From assembly GCA_963663895.2 (NCBI GenBank), contig CAXXRD010000001.1, positions 160,001 to 224,000 on the forward strand: a stretch of DNA of 64,000 bases, written 5' to 3'. Below are positions 11,013-20,860 of the stretch, one piece after another (the first letter of the stretch is position 1; each line of letters begins with the position of its first letter). The position numbers were made by a program, and so were the translations under genes. The notes below the pieces were generated by a model. That model saw nothing but the letters and a program-made list of their open reading frames with translations. It ran no database searches and was not told where the DNA came from. This DNA comes from Dehalococcoidia bacterium. GTDB taxonomy: Bacteria > Chloroflexota > Dehalococcoidia > Bin125.

Positions 11013-11840
11013 ACAAGGCGGAGCGGCGGCCGACAAGGCCTACTGCATAATCGGCGGCGGCGTCATGGGCGAAGCGATCGGGCGCTCGCTCATCTCGACC
11101 GGTACAGCGTCCGCCTCCGCCATCATCATCTGCGACATCGACGCCAAGCGGCGCTCTTATCTGGAAAGCGATCTCGGCGTCACCGTCACCGGCGAGCACG
11201 CCGAAGCATGCCAGACCGCTCCCGTGGTGGTGCTGGCAGTCAAGCCGCAGGACTTCCGCACGATCAGCAACTCGCTGCAGGGACGAATTCTGCCAGAGCA
11301 ACTAGTGCTCTCAATCATGGCCGGCGTCAATGTCGGCACACTCCGAAACCAGCTGGGGCACCGCGCCTTGGTCCGTGTCATGCCCAACACCCCCGCCCAG
11401 ATCGGGAAAGGGATGGCCGTCTGGACCGCAACTCCTGAGGTCAACGACGAACAGCGCGCCACCGTCCGTCGTATCCTCCAGACCCTGGGCATTGAGCTTT
11501 ACGTACCAGACGAGCGCTACATCGACATGGCGACGGCCGTGAGCGGCTCGGGGCCCGGCTTCTTCTTCCTCATCCTTGAGGCCATGATCGACGGCGCCGT
11601 CCAGATCGGCATGCGACGCGAACTCGCGGCCGAGATGGTCTATCAAACGGCCCTGGGCTCCGCCGCCTTCGCCCAGCAGTCGAAGCTGCACACGGCTGTC
11701 TTGCGCGACCAGGTCACTTCCCCCGGCGGAACCACGGCCGAGGGATCCGGGCCATGGAGCAGCAAGGCGTGCGGGCAGGGATCATCGAAGCGATCGTGGC
11801 AGCCTATGAGCGAACCTTGGAACTTGGACAAGAAGCGTGA
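11002..11840 (+). CDS. proC: Pyrroline-5-carboxylate reductase (apparent missing G near 11743)
   Basis: IGGGVMGEAI, LAVKPQ, RVMPNTPA, TAVSGSGPG, VTSPGGTT; corrected end IRAMEQQGVRAGIIEAIVAAYERTLELGQEA*. Confidence 0.94.
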
Positions 11841-12100
11841 GCGGCCTCGATATCACCCTGCGCATCATCGAGATCTACAGCCTCATCATTTTCGCGCGGA
11901 TCATCGTCTCCTGGATCCCGCTCTTCACACAGCGGCCATTGGACACGTCCAACCCCCTCATCCGCTTTCTGTTCGACGTGACGGAGCCGTTGCTCGCCCC
12001 TATCCGGCGTTTCGCATTGGTCGGCCAGATCGACCTCTCGCCGCTGGTGGCGATCTTCGCCCTCATCATCATTCGCGAGATCCTCAGCCAGGCCATCTAA
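11837..12100 (+). CDS. yggT: YggT family membrane protein
   Basis: RIIVSW..VTEPLLAPIRR..IDLSPLVA; yggS-proC-yggT synteny. Confidence 0.92.
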   Translation: MSGLDITLRIIEIYSLIIFARIIVSWIPLFTQRPLDTSNPLIRFLFDVTEPLLAPIRRFALVGQIDLSPLVAIFALIIIREILSQAI

Positions 12101-12314
12101 GCTCGCCCAAAGCTGGGGGAAGCGCCGCACCTGTCCTTTCCCTAGCCCTGGCGCGCCCGAGACACAGACGTCGAAAGAGAGCGACCCCCCGCTCTGGACA
12201 GCCCCTGCCGAGCGCGGCACGAAAGATACTAGTTACGTCAAGTAGATCCGGCCTCTACCGCAGCGGCGTGCTCGGGGCTTGCACCCAGTGGAGCAATGTG
12301 ACATCGTTCAATAT

Positions 12315-12328
12315 CGAACGGGTGTTCT
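12315..12328. promoter_or_regulatory. LexA (SOS/Cheo) box upstream of recA
   Basis: CGAAC-GGGT-GTTCT matches GAAC-N4-GTTC, about 45 bp before the recA ATG. Confidence 0.8.
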
Positions 12329-12372
12329 AACTCAACCATAAGTACGGGTGCAGGGCTGGAGGGGATATTACG

Positions 12373-13509
12373 ATGCGTGACAAGACCGATATGGCACTCT
12401 CGACCGTGCTAGAAGATCTCGAGAAACAGTACGGACAGGGCATCGTGATGCGACTGGGCGAAGCCAGTCGCAGGCTCCATGTCCAAGTCATCCCTACGGG
12501 ATCCCTAGCGCTAGACATCGCCCTCGGGGTCGGCGGCATCCCTCGCGGCCGCATCACCGAGATCTTCGGTCCAGAAAGCACCGGCAAGTCAACGCTCGCG
12601 CAGCACATCATCGCCCAGGCGCAGCAGCGTGGCGGGCAAGCCGCCTATATCGACGTGGAACATGCGCTGGATCCGGCATTCGCAGCGGCTATCGGCATCA
12701 ACATCAACGATCTCCTGATCTCCCAGCCAGACACCGGCGAGCAGGCGCTCGAAATCACGCAACACTTGGTCCGCAGCAATGCTATCGATGTTCTGGTCGT
12801 GGATAGCGTCGCGGCCCTGGTGCCGAAAGCGGAGATCGAGGGCGAGATGGGCGATAGCCACATGGCGCTGCAGGCGCGGCTGATGTCACAAGCGATGCGC
12901 AAGCTCACCAGCTCGATCTCAAAATCGCGCACCGCCCTGATCTTCATCAACCAGCTGCGCGAGAAGGTGGGAATCGTCTTCGGCAACCCCGAAGTAACAC
13001 CTGGCGGCCGCGCTCTCAAGTTCTACTCTTCCGTCCGAATCGACTTGCGGCGCACGGAACAGCTCAAGGTCGGGCAGGAGATAGTGGGCGGCCGCGTCCG
13101 GGCCAAAGTCGTAAAGAACAAGGTGGCCGCGCCCTTCCGCACCGCGGAGTTCGATATTATGTTCACTGGTGCGACCCGCGGAATCAGCCTGGAGGGGGAC
13201 ATCCTGCACCTCGGAGTCGAGCACGGTGTCGTGAGGAAGACCGGCGCCTTCTTCACTCACGGTGAGACTCGCCTCGGCCAGGGACGGGAGAATGCGAAGC
13301 GCTTCCTCACAGAGCACAAGGAACTGGCGCGGAAGATCGAGAGCCAGATCCGAGAGGCGGCCGGCCTCGCCCCCGCGGCCTCATCAGAAAGCAGCGACGA
13401 AGCAGCGACGGAGGGCTCGGCGGACGTTCCGACCCAGGCGCAGCCGTCCGCGGTCAAGGCGGGCGGCAAGGTGTCCAGTGTGCATGAAACAGCGAACGGC
13501 CGCGCGTGA
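12373..13509 (+). CDS. recA: Recombinase RecA
   Basis: [10 protein letters not shown]-loop, [41 protein letters not shown]. Confidence 0.99.
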   Translation: MRDKTDMALSTVLEDLEKQYGQGIVMRLGEASRRLHVQVIPTGSLALDIALGVGGIPRGRITEIFGPESTGKSTLAQHIIAQAQQRGGQAAYIDVEHALDPAFAAAIGININDLLISQPDTGEQALEITQHLVRSNAIDVLVVDSVAALVPKAEIEGEMGDSHMALQARLMSQAMRKLTSSISKSRTALIFINQLREKVGIVFGNPEVTPGGRALKFYSSVRIDLRRTEQLKVGQEIVGGRVRAKVVKNKVAAPFRTAEFDIMFTGATRGISLEGDILHLGVEHGVVRKTGAFFTHGETRLGQGRENAKRFLTEHKELARKIESQIREAAGLAPAASSESSDEAATEGSADVPTQAQPSAVKAGGKVSSVHETANGRA

Positions 13510-14207
13510 GTGCAGTAGCACCGATGACCGCCGGTGAACCGTCAGCGGTCGACCTCGGCGCGCAAGCGGTTTGGGCACGCGTCACGGAGATCCGACCGCG
13601 GCGCGGCCGCGTGACGATCTCTTTCGACAGCGCCTTGCCGCTCGAATGCGACCGCAGCTTCGAACTCGCCTCCCATCTCGCGGTCGGCGACAGCGTTAGT
13701 CCGCAGACCCTGGACCGGCTGCGCCGGCGGGCGGCGGCACACACCGCGGAAGCGATCGCAGAGAAGCTGCTGGCACGACGGCCTCGCAGCGAGTCGGAAC
13801 TCCTCACACGCCTCAAGCAGCGGGGGGTTCAGCCGGTCGTCGCCAAAGAGGTCGTAGCCTCACTACGAGAGCGAGGTCTCATCGACGATGCAGCCTTCGC
13901 CCGGTACTGGGCTGAAGAACGGGCTCGTGCCCGCCCGCGTGCCGCACGGATGATCCGGGCTGAGTTGGGTGCCAAGGGCGTCGCGCCAGCCATCGCGGCC
14001 GCGGCCACTGCGCAGATCTCCGATGACGAGCTAGCCACGCAGCTGGCTCACAAGGCGGCACAGCGCTTCCAGGGAGATTGGCCGGCCTACGAGCGCCGTG
14101 GCGGCGCCATGCTGATTCGCCGCGGTTTCTCGTACGAAGTCGCGCGGCGCGCGCTGAGATCCGCCTGGGAATCACGAGAGAACACAGACGGCAGCGACGC
14201 GCGCTAG
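13506..14207 (+). CDS. recX: Regulatory protein RecX
   Basis: [37 protein letters not shown]; follows recA. Confidence 0.88.
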   Translation: MSAVAPMTAGEPSAVDLGAQAVWARVTEIRPRRGRVTISFDSALPLECDRSFELASHLAVGDSVSPQTLDRLRRRAAAHTAEAIAEKLLARRPRSESELLTRLKQRGVQPVVAKEVVASLRERGLIDDAAFARYWAEERARARPRAARMIRAELGAKGVAPAIAAAATAQISDDELATQLAHKAAQRFQGDWPAYERRGGAMLIRRGFSYEVARRALRSAWESRENTDGSDAR

Positions 14208-14251
14208 CGGTTCACCCCCCTCGCCGACTTGTCTCGCCCAGCGCTTTTTTC

Positions 14252-14280
14252 TTGCCGCTTGTGAGAGGGCCGCATATTAT
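14252..14280 (+). promoter_or_regulatory. Putative sigma70 promoter for rny operon
   Basis: TTGCCG-N17-TATTAT. Confidence 0.5.
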
Positions 14281-14351
14281 CGTCGAGCGACCCGACGGCA
14301 GGTCGCACCGTATCGTAAGTGTGACACGCGAGTGTAAGGACGTACCAAAGC

Positions 14352-15836
14352 ATGTGGGGAGCCCTCAAGCGGCTCCTGGGGATTGCGAGTGGACCCGACC
14401 CGCGCGAACAGGCGCGCCGCACTGCGGATGCCATCGTCGAGCGGGGTGAGCAAGAGGCAAAGTCGCGAATTCTGGAAGCGCAGGAGCAGGTGCTCAAGCT
14501 GCGCCAAGATTCGCAAGCTGAGGCGCGCGAGCTGCGCGCACAAGTCGAGAGGCAAGAAAACCGGCTGGCGAAGCGTAGCGAGACGCTGGACCGGAAAGAA
14601 ACGGATCTCGACCGGCGTGAGCAGCGACAGCGGGACCGCGAGCACTCGCTCCAGGAGCGAGAAGATGAACTCGAAGAGCTGTTCGAGCAGGAACGGCAGC
14701 GGCTCGAGCAGCTAGGCCAGCTATCGACGGCCGAAGCACGCGACCTCCTCCTCGACCGTGTCGAAGAGGAAGTGCGCGACGACGCCGTTCGTCGAATGCA
14801 CCAAACCGAAGAGAAGATCAAGGAAGAGGCCGATCAGCGCGTCCGCCACATCCTGGCCGGAACGATGCAGCGCGTCACCTCCGAGGTGACGACTGAGAGC
14901 ACCGTCTCCGTCGTTCCCATTCCCAGTGACGAGATGAAGGGGCGGATCATCGGCCGTGAAGGACGCAATATCCGCGCGCTCGAAGCTGCGACCGGCTGCG
15001 ACCTGATCATTGATGACACCCCGGACGCGGTGACGCTGTCCGCCTTCGACCCCGTCCGTCGCGAGATCGGTCGGATCGCGCTATCGCGCCTCGTCCAAGA
15101 CGGCCGTATCCACCCAACCCGCGTGGAAGAAGCCGTCGAGAAGGCGGAAAGGGAAGTGAATGCCGTGATCAAAGAGGCGGGGGAAGCCGCCTCTTTGGAA
15201 GCGAACTGTCCGGGTTTGCCGCGTGAAGTTCTCGACATCTTCGGCCGCCTACGCTATCGCACTTCCTACGGTCAGAATCAGCTGCGACACGCCGTGGAGA
15301 CGGCGCACATCGCCGCCATGATCGCGCACGAGGTGGGCGCCGATGTCGAAGTTGCCCGACACGGCGCCCTTCTGCACGACCTCGGGAAAGCCGTCGACCA
15401 CGATGTCGAGGGCACGCACGCGATAATCGGCGCCGATATTGCCCGGCGCTTCAAGCTGCCCGATCCCGTTGCGCACTGCATTGAAGCCCACCACGAAGAG
15501 GTCGAACCCAGCTCCGTGGAGGCGATCATCGTCCAACTCTCAGACGCGATCTCAGGCGGCCGCCCAGGCGCCCGGCGCGATTCATTCGAGCACTACGTCA
15601 AACGCCTGGAGGCGCTCGAATCGATCGCGAGTTCGTTCGACGGCGTGGAGCGATGCTTCGCCATTCAGGCCGGCCGCGAGGTGCGTGTCGCCGTGAAGCC
15701 GGATCAGGTGGACGATCTCGAAGCGATGCAGTTGGCGCGAGACATCAGCAAGAAAATCGAGGAGAGCCTCCAGTACCCAGGCCAGATTCGGGTGACCGTG
15801 CTGCGGGAGACACGCGCCTCCGAGTACGCGCGCTAG
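14352..15836 (+). CDS. rny: Ribonuclease Y
   Basis: Coiled coil, KH domain MKGRIIGREGRNIR, HD domain LLHDLGK, RPGARR, AIQAGREVRV. Confidence 0.97.
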   Translation: MWGALKRLLGIASGPDPREQARRTADAIVERGEQEAKSRILEAQEQVLKLRQDSQAEARELRAQVERQENRLAKRSETLDRKETDLDRREQRQRDREHSLQEREDELEELFEQERQRLEQLGQLSTAEARDLLLDRVEEEVRDDAVRRMHQTEEKIKEEADQRVRHILAGTMQRVTSEVTTESTVSVVPIPSDEMKGRIIGREGRNIRALEAATGCDLIIDDTPDAVTLSAFDPVRREIGRIALSRLVQDGRIHPTRVEEAVEKAEREVNAVIKEAGEAASLEANCPGLPREVLDIFGRLRYRTSYGQNQLRHAVETAHIAAMIAHEVGADVEVARHGALLHDLGKAVDHDVEGTHAIIGADIARRFKLPDPVAHCIEAHHEEVEPSSVEAIIVQLSDAISGGRPGARRDSFEHYVKRLEALESIASSFDGVERCFAIQAGREVRVAVKPDQVDDLEAMQLARDISKKIEESLQYPGQIRVTVLRETRASEYAR

Positions 15837-15842
15837 CGCCGC

Positions 15843-16637
15843 ATGCGAGCTCTGCTCGTCGGCGACGTCGTCGGCAAGGCCGGGCGCCGGGTCGTCGGGG
15901 CACTGCTGCCCGCGATGCGCGAAGAGCTCTCGGTCGATTTCGTCGTCGCCAACGGCGAAAACCTGGCGCACGGGCGCGGCACGACGGAGGCGACGGTCAA
16001 AGAACTCGTCAGCGCCGGAGTGGATGTCGTCAGTGGGGGCAACCACACCTGGGCCTATCCCGAGTTCGTGCCCCTGCTCGACTCAGACTTGCCCGTTCTT
16101 CGCCCGGCCAACTACCCCCCGGGCGCTCCCGGGACGGGCGTTTGGCAGGGCGAGCGGCTGGCGGTCATCAACCTCATCGGCCGTACCTTCATGGAAGCAC
16201 TGGACAACCCCTTCCGCACCGTTGACACCCTCCTCGACGAGCTACCCGACGGCCTACCGGTGCTGGTGGATTTCCACGCAGAGGCCACCTCCGAGAAGCA
16301 GGCGCTCGGCTGGCACCTCGACGGCCGGGTCACTGCCGTCGTGGGCACGCACACGCACGTTCCGACGGCGGACGCCCGGCTCCTGCCTCAGGGCACCGCT
16401 TACGTGACCGATCTAGGGATGTGCGGCGCACGCGACTCCGTGATCGGCGCGGAAGCGGACGCCGTACTCACACGCTTCCGCACCGGCCTCCCCACCCGCT
16501 TGCCTCCCGCCGAGAAGGGAACCGCTGTATTGGGAGCAGTCCTCATCGACCTCGATGAAAACGACGGACGTGCCCGGTCGATCGAGCGTGTGGATCGCAT
16601 ATGGGATCCGCCGCCAACAGAAACCACAGGAGCTTGA
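15843..16637 (+). CDS. ymdB: YmdB/TIGR00282 metallophosphoesterase
   Basis: GDVVG, NGEN, GNHTW, RPANYP, DFHAEATSEK, GTHTHVPTAD; follows rny. Confidence 0.94.
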   Translation: MRALLVGDVVGKAGRRVVGALLPAMREELSVDFVVANGENLAHGRGTTEATVKELVSAGVDVVSGGNHTWAYPEFVPLLDSDLPVLRPANYPPGAPGTGVWQGERLAVINLIGRTFMEALDNPFRTVDTLLDELPDGLPVLVDFHAEATSEKQALGWHLDGRVTAVVGTHTHVPTADARLLPQGTAYVTDLGMCGARDSVIGAEADAVLTRFRTGLPTRLPPAEKGTAVLGAVLIDLDENDGRARSIERVDRIWDPPPTETTGA

Positions 16638-17512
16638 TGGCACTGGGCGACTTCCACACTCATACGCACCACTCCGACGGTCTCCTCGCACCGGCTGAGT
16701 TGGTCAGGCGGGCGGCCGCCAACAGTGTCGAGGTCCTCGCCGTAACCGACCACGACACCACGGCAGGCCTGGCAGAGGCAGAGGCCGCAGCACGATCAGC
16801 CAACGTCCGTCTCATCGCCGGCGTCGAACTCTCAGCGGACGGCGACGACGGCGCGGACTACCATCTCCTGGGCTACTTCCCCTCGGTCCCTGCCGTCCTT
16901 TCCGACGGGACATTTCAAGATCAGCTCCACGCCTATCGCGTCGGCCGGCAGCAGCGGGGGCGTATCCTCCTGGAGAAGCTGGCCGCGCTGGGAATGCCGC
17001 TCGACTGGGAGCGCCTCCTTGCGATCGCCGGTCCAGCCGCCGTGGGACGCCCCCATATCGCCCAGGCGATGGTCGAACAGGGATACGTGGCATCGGTCAG
17101 AGAGGCGTTCGACCGCTATCTCCACGACGAGGGCCCCGTTGACGCAGAGCGCGAGAAGCTGCCGCCACAGAGTGCCGTTGAGCTGATCCGTGCCGCAGGC
17201 GGCGTCGCCGTGTTAGCCCATCCTTGCTTCCTGCCCAACCCGGCGGCGGCCGTAACAGCGCTCAAGCCTGCAGGACTCGCCGGCCTGGAGGTGTACTACA
17301 AAAACCTGTCCCCGGAAGAGATCGGTACGTTCGCCGCGCTTGCCGAGAGCACCGACCTGATCGCCAGCGGCGGCTCCGACTATCACGGGATCCACGACGA
17401 CGAGTGCGACCCCGGCGACATCCCCTTTGCAGACGCTGAGGTCTATCAGTTCGTCGATGGCCTGGAAGCTCGGTGGCAAGCGACAGCCCAGCTAGAGCGA
17501 GAGGCACAGTGA
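16637..17512 (+). CDS. PHP-domain phosphoesterase (TrpH/RNase AM-like)
   Basis: [32 protein letters not shown]. Confidence 0.9.
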   Translation: MALGDFHTHTHHSDGLLAPAELVRRAAANSVEVLAVTDHDTTAGLAEAEAAARSANVRLIAGVELSADGDDGADYHLLGYFPSVPAVLSDGTFQDQLHAYRVGRQQRGRILLEKLAALGMPLDWERLLAIAGPAAVGRPHIAQAMVEQGYVASVREAFDRYLHDEGPVDAEREKLPPQSAVELIRAAGGVAVLAHPCFLPNPAAAVTALKPAGLAGLEVYYKNLSPEEIGTFAALAESTDLIASGGSDYHGIHDDECDPGDIPFADAEVYQFVDGLEARWQATAQLEREAQ

Positions 17513-17973
17513 CTTTAAACAGCAGCAGCAGCCTCGATAATCAAGCCATTGAGGCGATCATCCCTCACCGCTTCCCCTTCCTCTTCGTTGATCGCGTGAT
17601 CGAGATCGAGGAAGGGAAGCGAGCCGTTGGCATCAAGAACGTGAGCGCCGACGAGTGGTTCTTCCGCGGCCACTTCCCCGGCCGGCCCATTATGCCCGGC
17701 GTCCTGATCGTCGAAGCGCTCGCCCAAGTCGGTGCAGTGGCAGCGCTCAGCCACCCCGACAACAAGGGGAAACTGGGGCTCTTCGCGGGAATCGACAAGG
17801 TTCGCTTCCGCCGCCAGGTCACACCCGGAGATCAACTCCGACTCGAGGTCACGCTCGAGCGGCTGCGCGGCCCGGTCGGACGCGCCACGGCAGTGGCGAC
17901 CGTGGACGGCGCCGTCGCCGCAGAAGGCAAGCTCACTTTCGCTCTTATCGATGAAGCGAACCCAGCGAGCTAA
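17509..17973 (+). CDS. fabZ: 3-hydroxyacyl-ACP dehydratase
   Basis: [35 protein letters not shown]. Confidence 0.96.
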   Translation: MTLNSSSSLDNQAIEAIIPHRFPFLFVDRVIEIEEGKRAVGIKNVSADEWFFRGHFPGRPIMPGVLIVEALAQVGAVAALSHPDNKGKLGLFAGIDKVRFRRQVTPGDQLRLEVTLERLRGPVGRATAVATVDGAVAAEGKLTFALIDEANPAS

Positions 17974-17978
17974 CAGCC

Positions 17979-18371
17979 TCAGACCCGCAGCACGACCCAG
18001 AGCACGAGCACCAGCCCCATGCTGACCACGCTGGTCCCGCCGATCCAAACCAGGTCCCGCCGCACGTAGCTGAAGTCGAGCGGCGCCAGCCGGCGGCGCG
18101 GAAGCCGCTCCTCGGCAGCGCGCGGACCGCCCCGGCGTCTCTCACGCTGCCGAGGCCGGCCAACGGCGCGCGGCGGAACCGTTGCGGCACCGCCAAAGAT
18201 CGAACTGCCGGCCGGTATCTGCGCCGCGCTCGGAGCAGCAGTGGGGAGCTCTGCAGCCTGCGGGGGACCGCCGTCTCGTGCCCGCTTCTTCCCTCGCCGT
18301 CCTGGCAGCGTACCGCCGCCGCGCTGTCCCCCGCGCGTTCCCTGAGGACGGCCACGCTTCCCCTTCGCCAC
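17979..18371 (-). CDS. Hypothetical basic protein with C-terminal TM helix
   Basis: GGAGG-like RBS before GTG; Arg/Gly-rich N-terminus; DFSYVRRDL followed by hydrophobic helix. Confidence 0.65.
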   Translation of the reverse strand: MAKGKRGRPQGTRGGQRGGGTLPGRRGKKRARDGGPPQAAELPTAAPSAAQIPAGSSIFGGAATVPPRAVGRPRQRERRRGGPRAAEERLPRRRLAPLDFSYVRRDLVWIGGTSVVSMGLVLVLWVVLRV

Positions 18372-18454
18372 GTCCCACCTCCGCTGGAACCGACTCGATC
18401 GCTCGCGATACCCATATCAGTATACGGAGACCATTCTCTAACGCATGGTCCACG

Positions 18455-18483
18455 TTGCCGCTGATCAGGCTGCTCCGTAGACT
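18455..18483 (+). promoter_or_regulatory. Putative sigma70 promoter of tRNA-Asp
   Basis: TTGCCG-N17-TAGACT, 10 bp before the tRNA. Confidence 0.55.
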
Positions 18484-18492
18484 GATGCGGCT

Positions 18493-18569
18493 GGCCCCGT
18501 GGTGTAGCGGCCTAACACGCCACCCTGTCAAGGTGGAGATCGGCGGTTCGAATCCGCTCGGGGTCGCCA
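18493..18569 (+). tRNA. tRNA-Asp(GTC)
   Basis: Acceptor GGCCCCG/CGGGGTC, anticodon arm CCACC-CT-GTC-AA-GGTGG, GGTTCGAATCC T-arm, encoded CCA. Confidence 0.97.
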
Positions 18570-18764
18570 GCCCCAACTTGCATCCCGAGTGCGGCGAAGC
18601 GACCGCCTCGCCCGGCTTCGCTTCCGGGGATCCGGCCGCGCGAGCGTCCCGGCGCTCTCCCCGCCCTTTCTTGACAGCCCGCTCGACAGCCGTGGACACT
18701 GCCGCCCGCCTCCCTGTAGCCATGCGGAGGGCGCAGGCTTATCCAGCGGAGGCTGGAGGAGCGC

Positions 18765-18977
18765 ATGGATTCAAGAGCAATCGTGCAAGCCAAGCTGGCC
18801 GAATGGAACATTACCCCGACCGAGGAGGACTTGGCACAGCTCGTTCCGGCATATGAAAACCTGCTTGTGTGGCAGCAGGTGGTCGAAGAGATGCTCGAGA
18901 GCCGACCCATGTCGGATGGCATGGAGATGCCCACGACCGAGCCCGCCGCGATCCACGACCTCACGAGGTACCGCTAG
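18765..18977 (+). CDS. Small acidic protein, putative GatC/AtzG-like amidase partner
   Basis: GGAGG RBS; 70 aa helical protein ending TTEPAAI; stop 2 bp before amidase ATG. Confidence 0.7.
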   Translation: MDSRAIVQAKLAEWNITPTEEDLAQLVPAYENLLVWQQVVEEMLESRPMSDGMEMPTTEPAAIHDLTRYR

Positions 18978-18979
18978 AC

Positions 18980-20386
18980 ATGACACTCAACAGCCGCGAC
19001 TTAGCCTACGCCTCTATTGATGACGTTTCGAAGCTGATTGAACGCAAGGAGCTGTCGCCCGTCGAAGTGCTCGACAACACCCTGGCGCGCATCGACGAGC
19101 TGGAAGACACCATTAACGCCTACATCCATGTCTTCACAGACGAGGCGCGCGCACAAGCGCAAGCCGCCGAGGCGGAGATCAAGAGCGGTGCTTACCGGGG
19201 CCCGCTGCACGGCATCCCCGTCTGCATCAAGGATATCTACGAGTCTGGACCCACGACATGCGGATCGAAGTCGCTGCTGGGGTACGAAGCGCCGGAGGAT
19301 TGCCCCTCCGTCGCGAACCTCAAAGTCGCGGGGGCCATCGTCGTCGGGAAGACGGAGACCTACGAGTTCGCCTACGGCTTCCCCACGAATGCCTCGCACT
19401 TCAAACCGACCCATAACCCCTGGAACCTCGACCACGAGTGCGGGGGTTCCAGCAGCGGCACCGGTGGCGCCGTCGCCGCCGGCATGGCGTACGCCGGCAT
19501 GGGATCGTGTACGGGCGGTTCCATCCGCTGGCCAGCCTTCTGCACCGGCATCGTCGGTCTCAAGGGCACCTACGGGCGCGTGAGCCGTCGCGGCGTCTTC
19601 CCGCTCTCCTGGACCCTCGACCACACGGGACCGCTCGCGCGCACGGTGACCGACGCCGCGCACATGCTGCGCGGCTGCGCGGGCTACGATCCGCAGGATC
19701 CCGCTTCCGCGAACGTGCCCGTCCCCGACTTCACGTCGAAGATCGGTCGGGACATCAAGGGCATGAAGATTGGGTTGATCAAAGAGCTCTACGAAGACAA
19801 CTGCGATCCCAAGGTCAAGCAGCCGTACGACGAAGCGCTGAAAGTCTTCGAGAGCCTGGGGGCCGAGCTGATCGAGGTGCCGGGGCTCACGGTGCGGCAG
19901 ATGCAGGCGATCGAATGGCCGACCCTCTTCAGCGAGGCGGCCTCCATCCATATCCGCAACCAGCGTGGACCGCGTGTCGAGGAGTACAACCCCCACACTT
20001 GGCAGTTCCTGCAGTACGGTCTGCTCGTCAGCGCCGGCTACTATCACAACGCCCAGCGGGCTCGCGCCCAGGTTCGCGACAGTTTCCTCAAGTCCTTGAA
20101 CGAGAAGGTCGACGTTCTCATGACGCCGACCGTTGGCTTCCCCGTCCCGCCCATTCTGGATGAATCGCCCGGCCTCAGCATCGTGGCCGGGGACTTCACC
20201 GTGTACACGGCGATCTTTAACCAATCGGGCCTCCCCGCGATGCAAGTTCCCTGCGGCTTCGACGACGACAGCCTCCCGGTCGGACTGCAGATCGCCGGTA
20301 AACCGTTTGACGAAGAGACCGTCTGCCAGATCGGCTACGCCTACGAGCAGGAAGCAGGCTGGATCCACAAGCACCCCGATATGTAA
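18980..20386 (+). CDS. Amidase signature family enzyme
   Basis: GPLHGIPVCIKD, NPWN, GGSSSG, TGGSIRWPA (Ser-cisSer-Lys triad). Confidence 0.93.
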   Translation: MTLNSRDLAYASIDDVSKLIERKELSPVEVLDNTLARIDELEDTINAYIHVFTDEARAQAQAAEAEIKSGAYRGPLHGIPVCIKDIYESGPTTCGSKSLLGYEAPEDCPSVANLKVAGAIVVGKTETYEFAYGFPTNASHFKPTHNPWNLDHECGGSSSGTGGAVAAGMAYAGMGSCTGGSIRWPAFCTGIVGLKGTYGRVSRRGVFPLSWTLDHTGPLARTVTDAAHMLRGCAGYDPQDPASANVPVPDFTSKIGRDIKGMKIGLIKELYEDNCDPKVKQPYDEALKVFESLGAELIEVPGLTVRQMQAIEWPTLFSEAASIHIRNQRGPRVEEYNPHTWQFLQYGLLVSAGYYHNAQRARAQVRDSFLKSLNEKVDVLMTPTVGFPVPPILDESPGLSIVAGDFTVYTAIFNQSGLPAMQVPCGFDDDSLPVGLQIAGKPFDEETVCQIGYAYEQEAGWIHKHPDM

Positions 20387-20402
20387 CGCGCGCCCGTCCA
20401 TG

Positions 20403-20439
20403 AAAAAGGGCGCGGAGCGATCACTCCCGCTCCGCGCCC
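20403..20439. terminator. Intrinsic terminator-like hairpin (U-tract on minus strand)
   Basis: AAAAA-GGGCGCGGAGCG-N8-CGCTCCGCGCCC, perfect 12-bp stem. Confidence 0.7.
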
Positions 20440-20860
20440 CCGTGGCGTCTCGCAGAGAGCGATGCCGACAGGGCCTTCGGTCGCGCCCACTCCACCCGGC
20501 CGGCTGACCGCGTTACGCCCCACTCGACCGAGGGAGCTTCGCCATCCACGGAACCGAGTACGGCCCACGCACGCCAAAGCTCACACTCTCACCAACTGTT
20601 GGTCCCTCTGGCATAGGCAAGATTCCCTAGCACGAACAACCCAAGCCCAGCACAACTGCACACCGCGTTAGGCGTTCGCGTCGCTTGCAGGATCTTGACC
20701 GCGCTCGCCCTTCCCAAGTCTCGTCGCCCCACTCAAGGAAAGGCGGGGGATCGCTCAATCCCGCTCGCGTGCAACATCGCCTCAACATCCTGGAGAATCC
20801 CCTTCTCGATCGGTTGACCCAACCGGTCGAGAGGACCGACGAGAAAGGATGAGATGCGTC

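Noticed and set aside
4268-11840. Pseudogene or programmed-frameshift calls for ddl, ftsQ, ftsA, ftsZ, yggS, proC
   Set aside because: Single-base indels in base runs, clustered in one region, with otherwise intact conserved sequence; sequencing error is far more likely.
18493-18620. Integrative island at tRNA-Asp
   Set aside because: No integrase and no duplicated tRNA 3' end noticed in the window; composition of the downstream genes looks like the host.
18980-20386. gatA assignment
   Set aside because: No gatB, and the sequence resembles general catabolic amidases rather than GatA.
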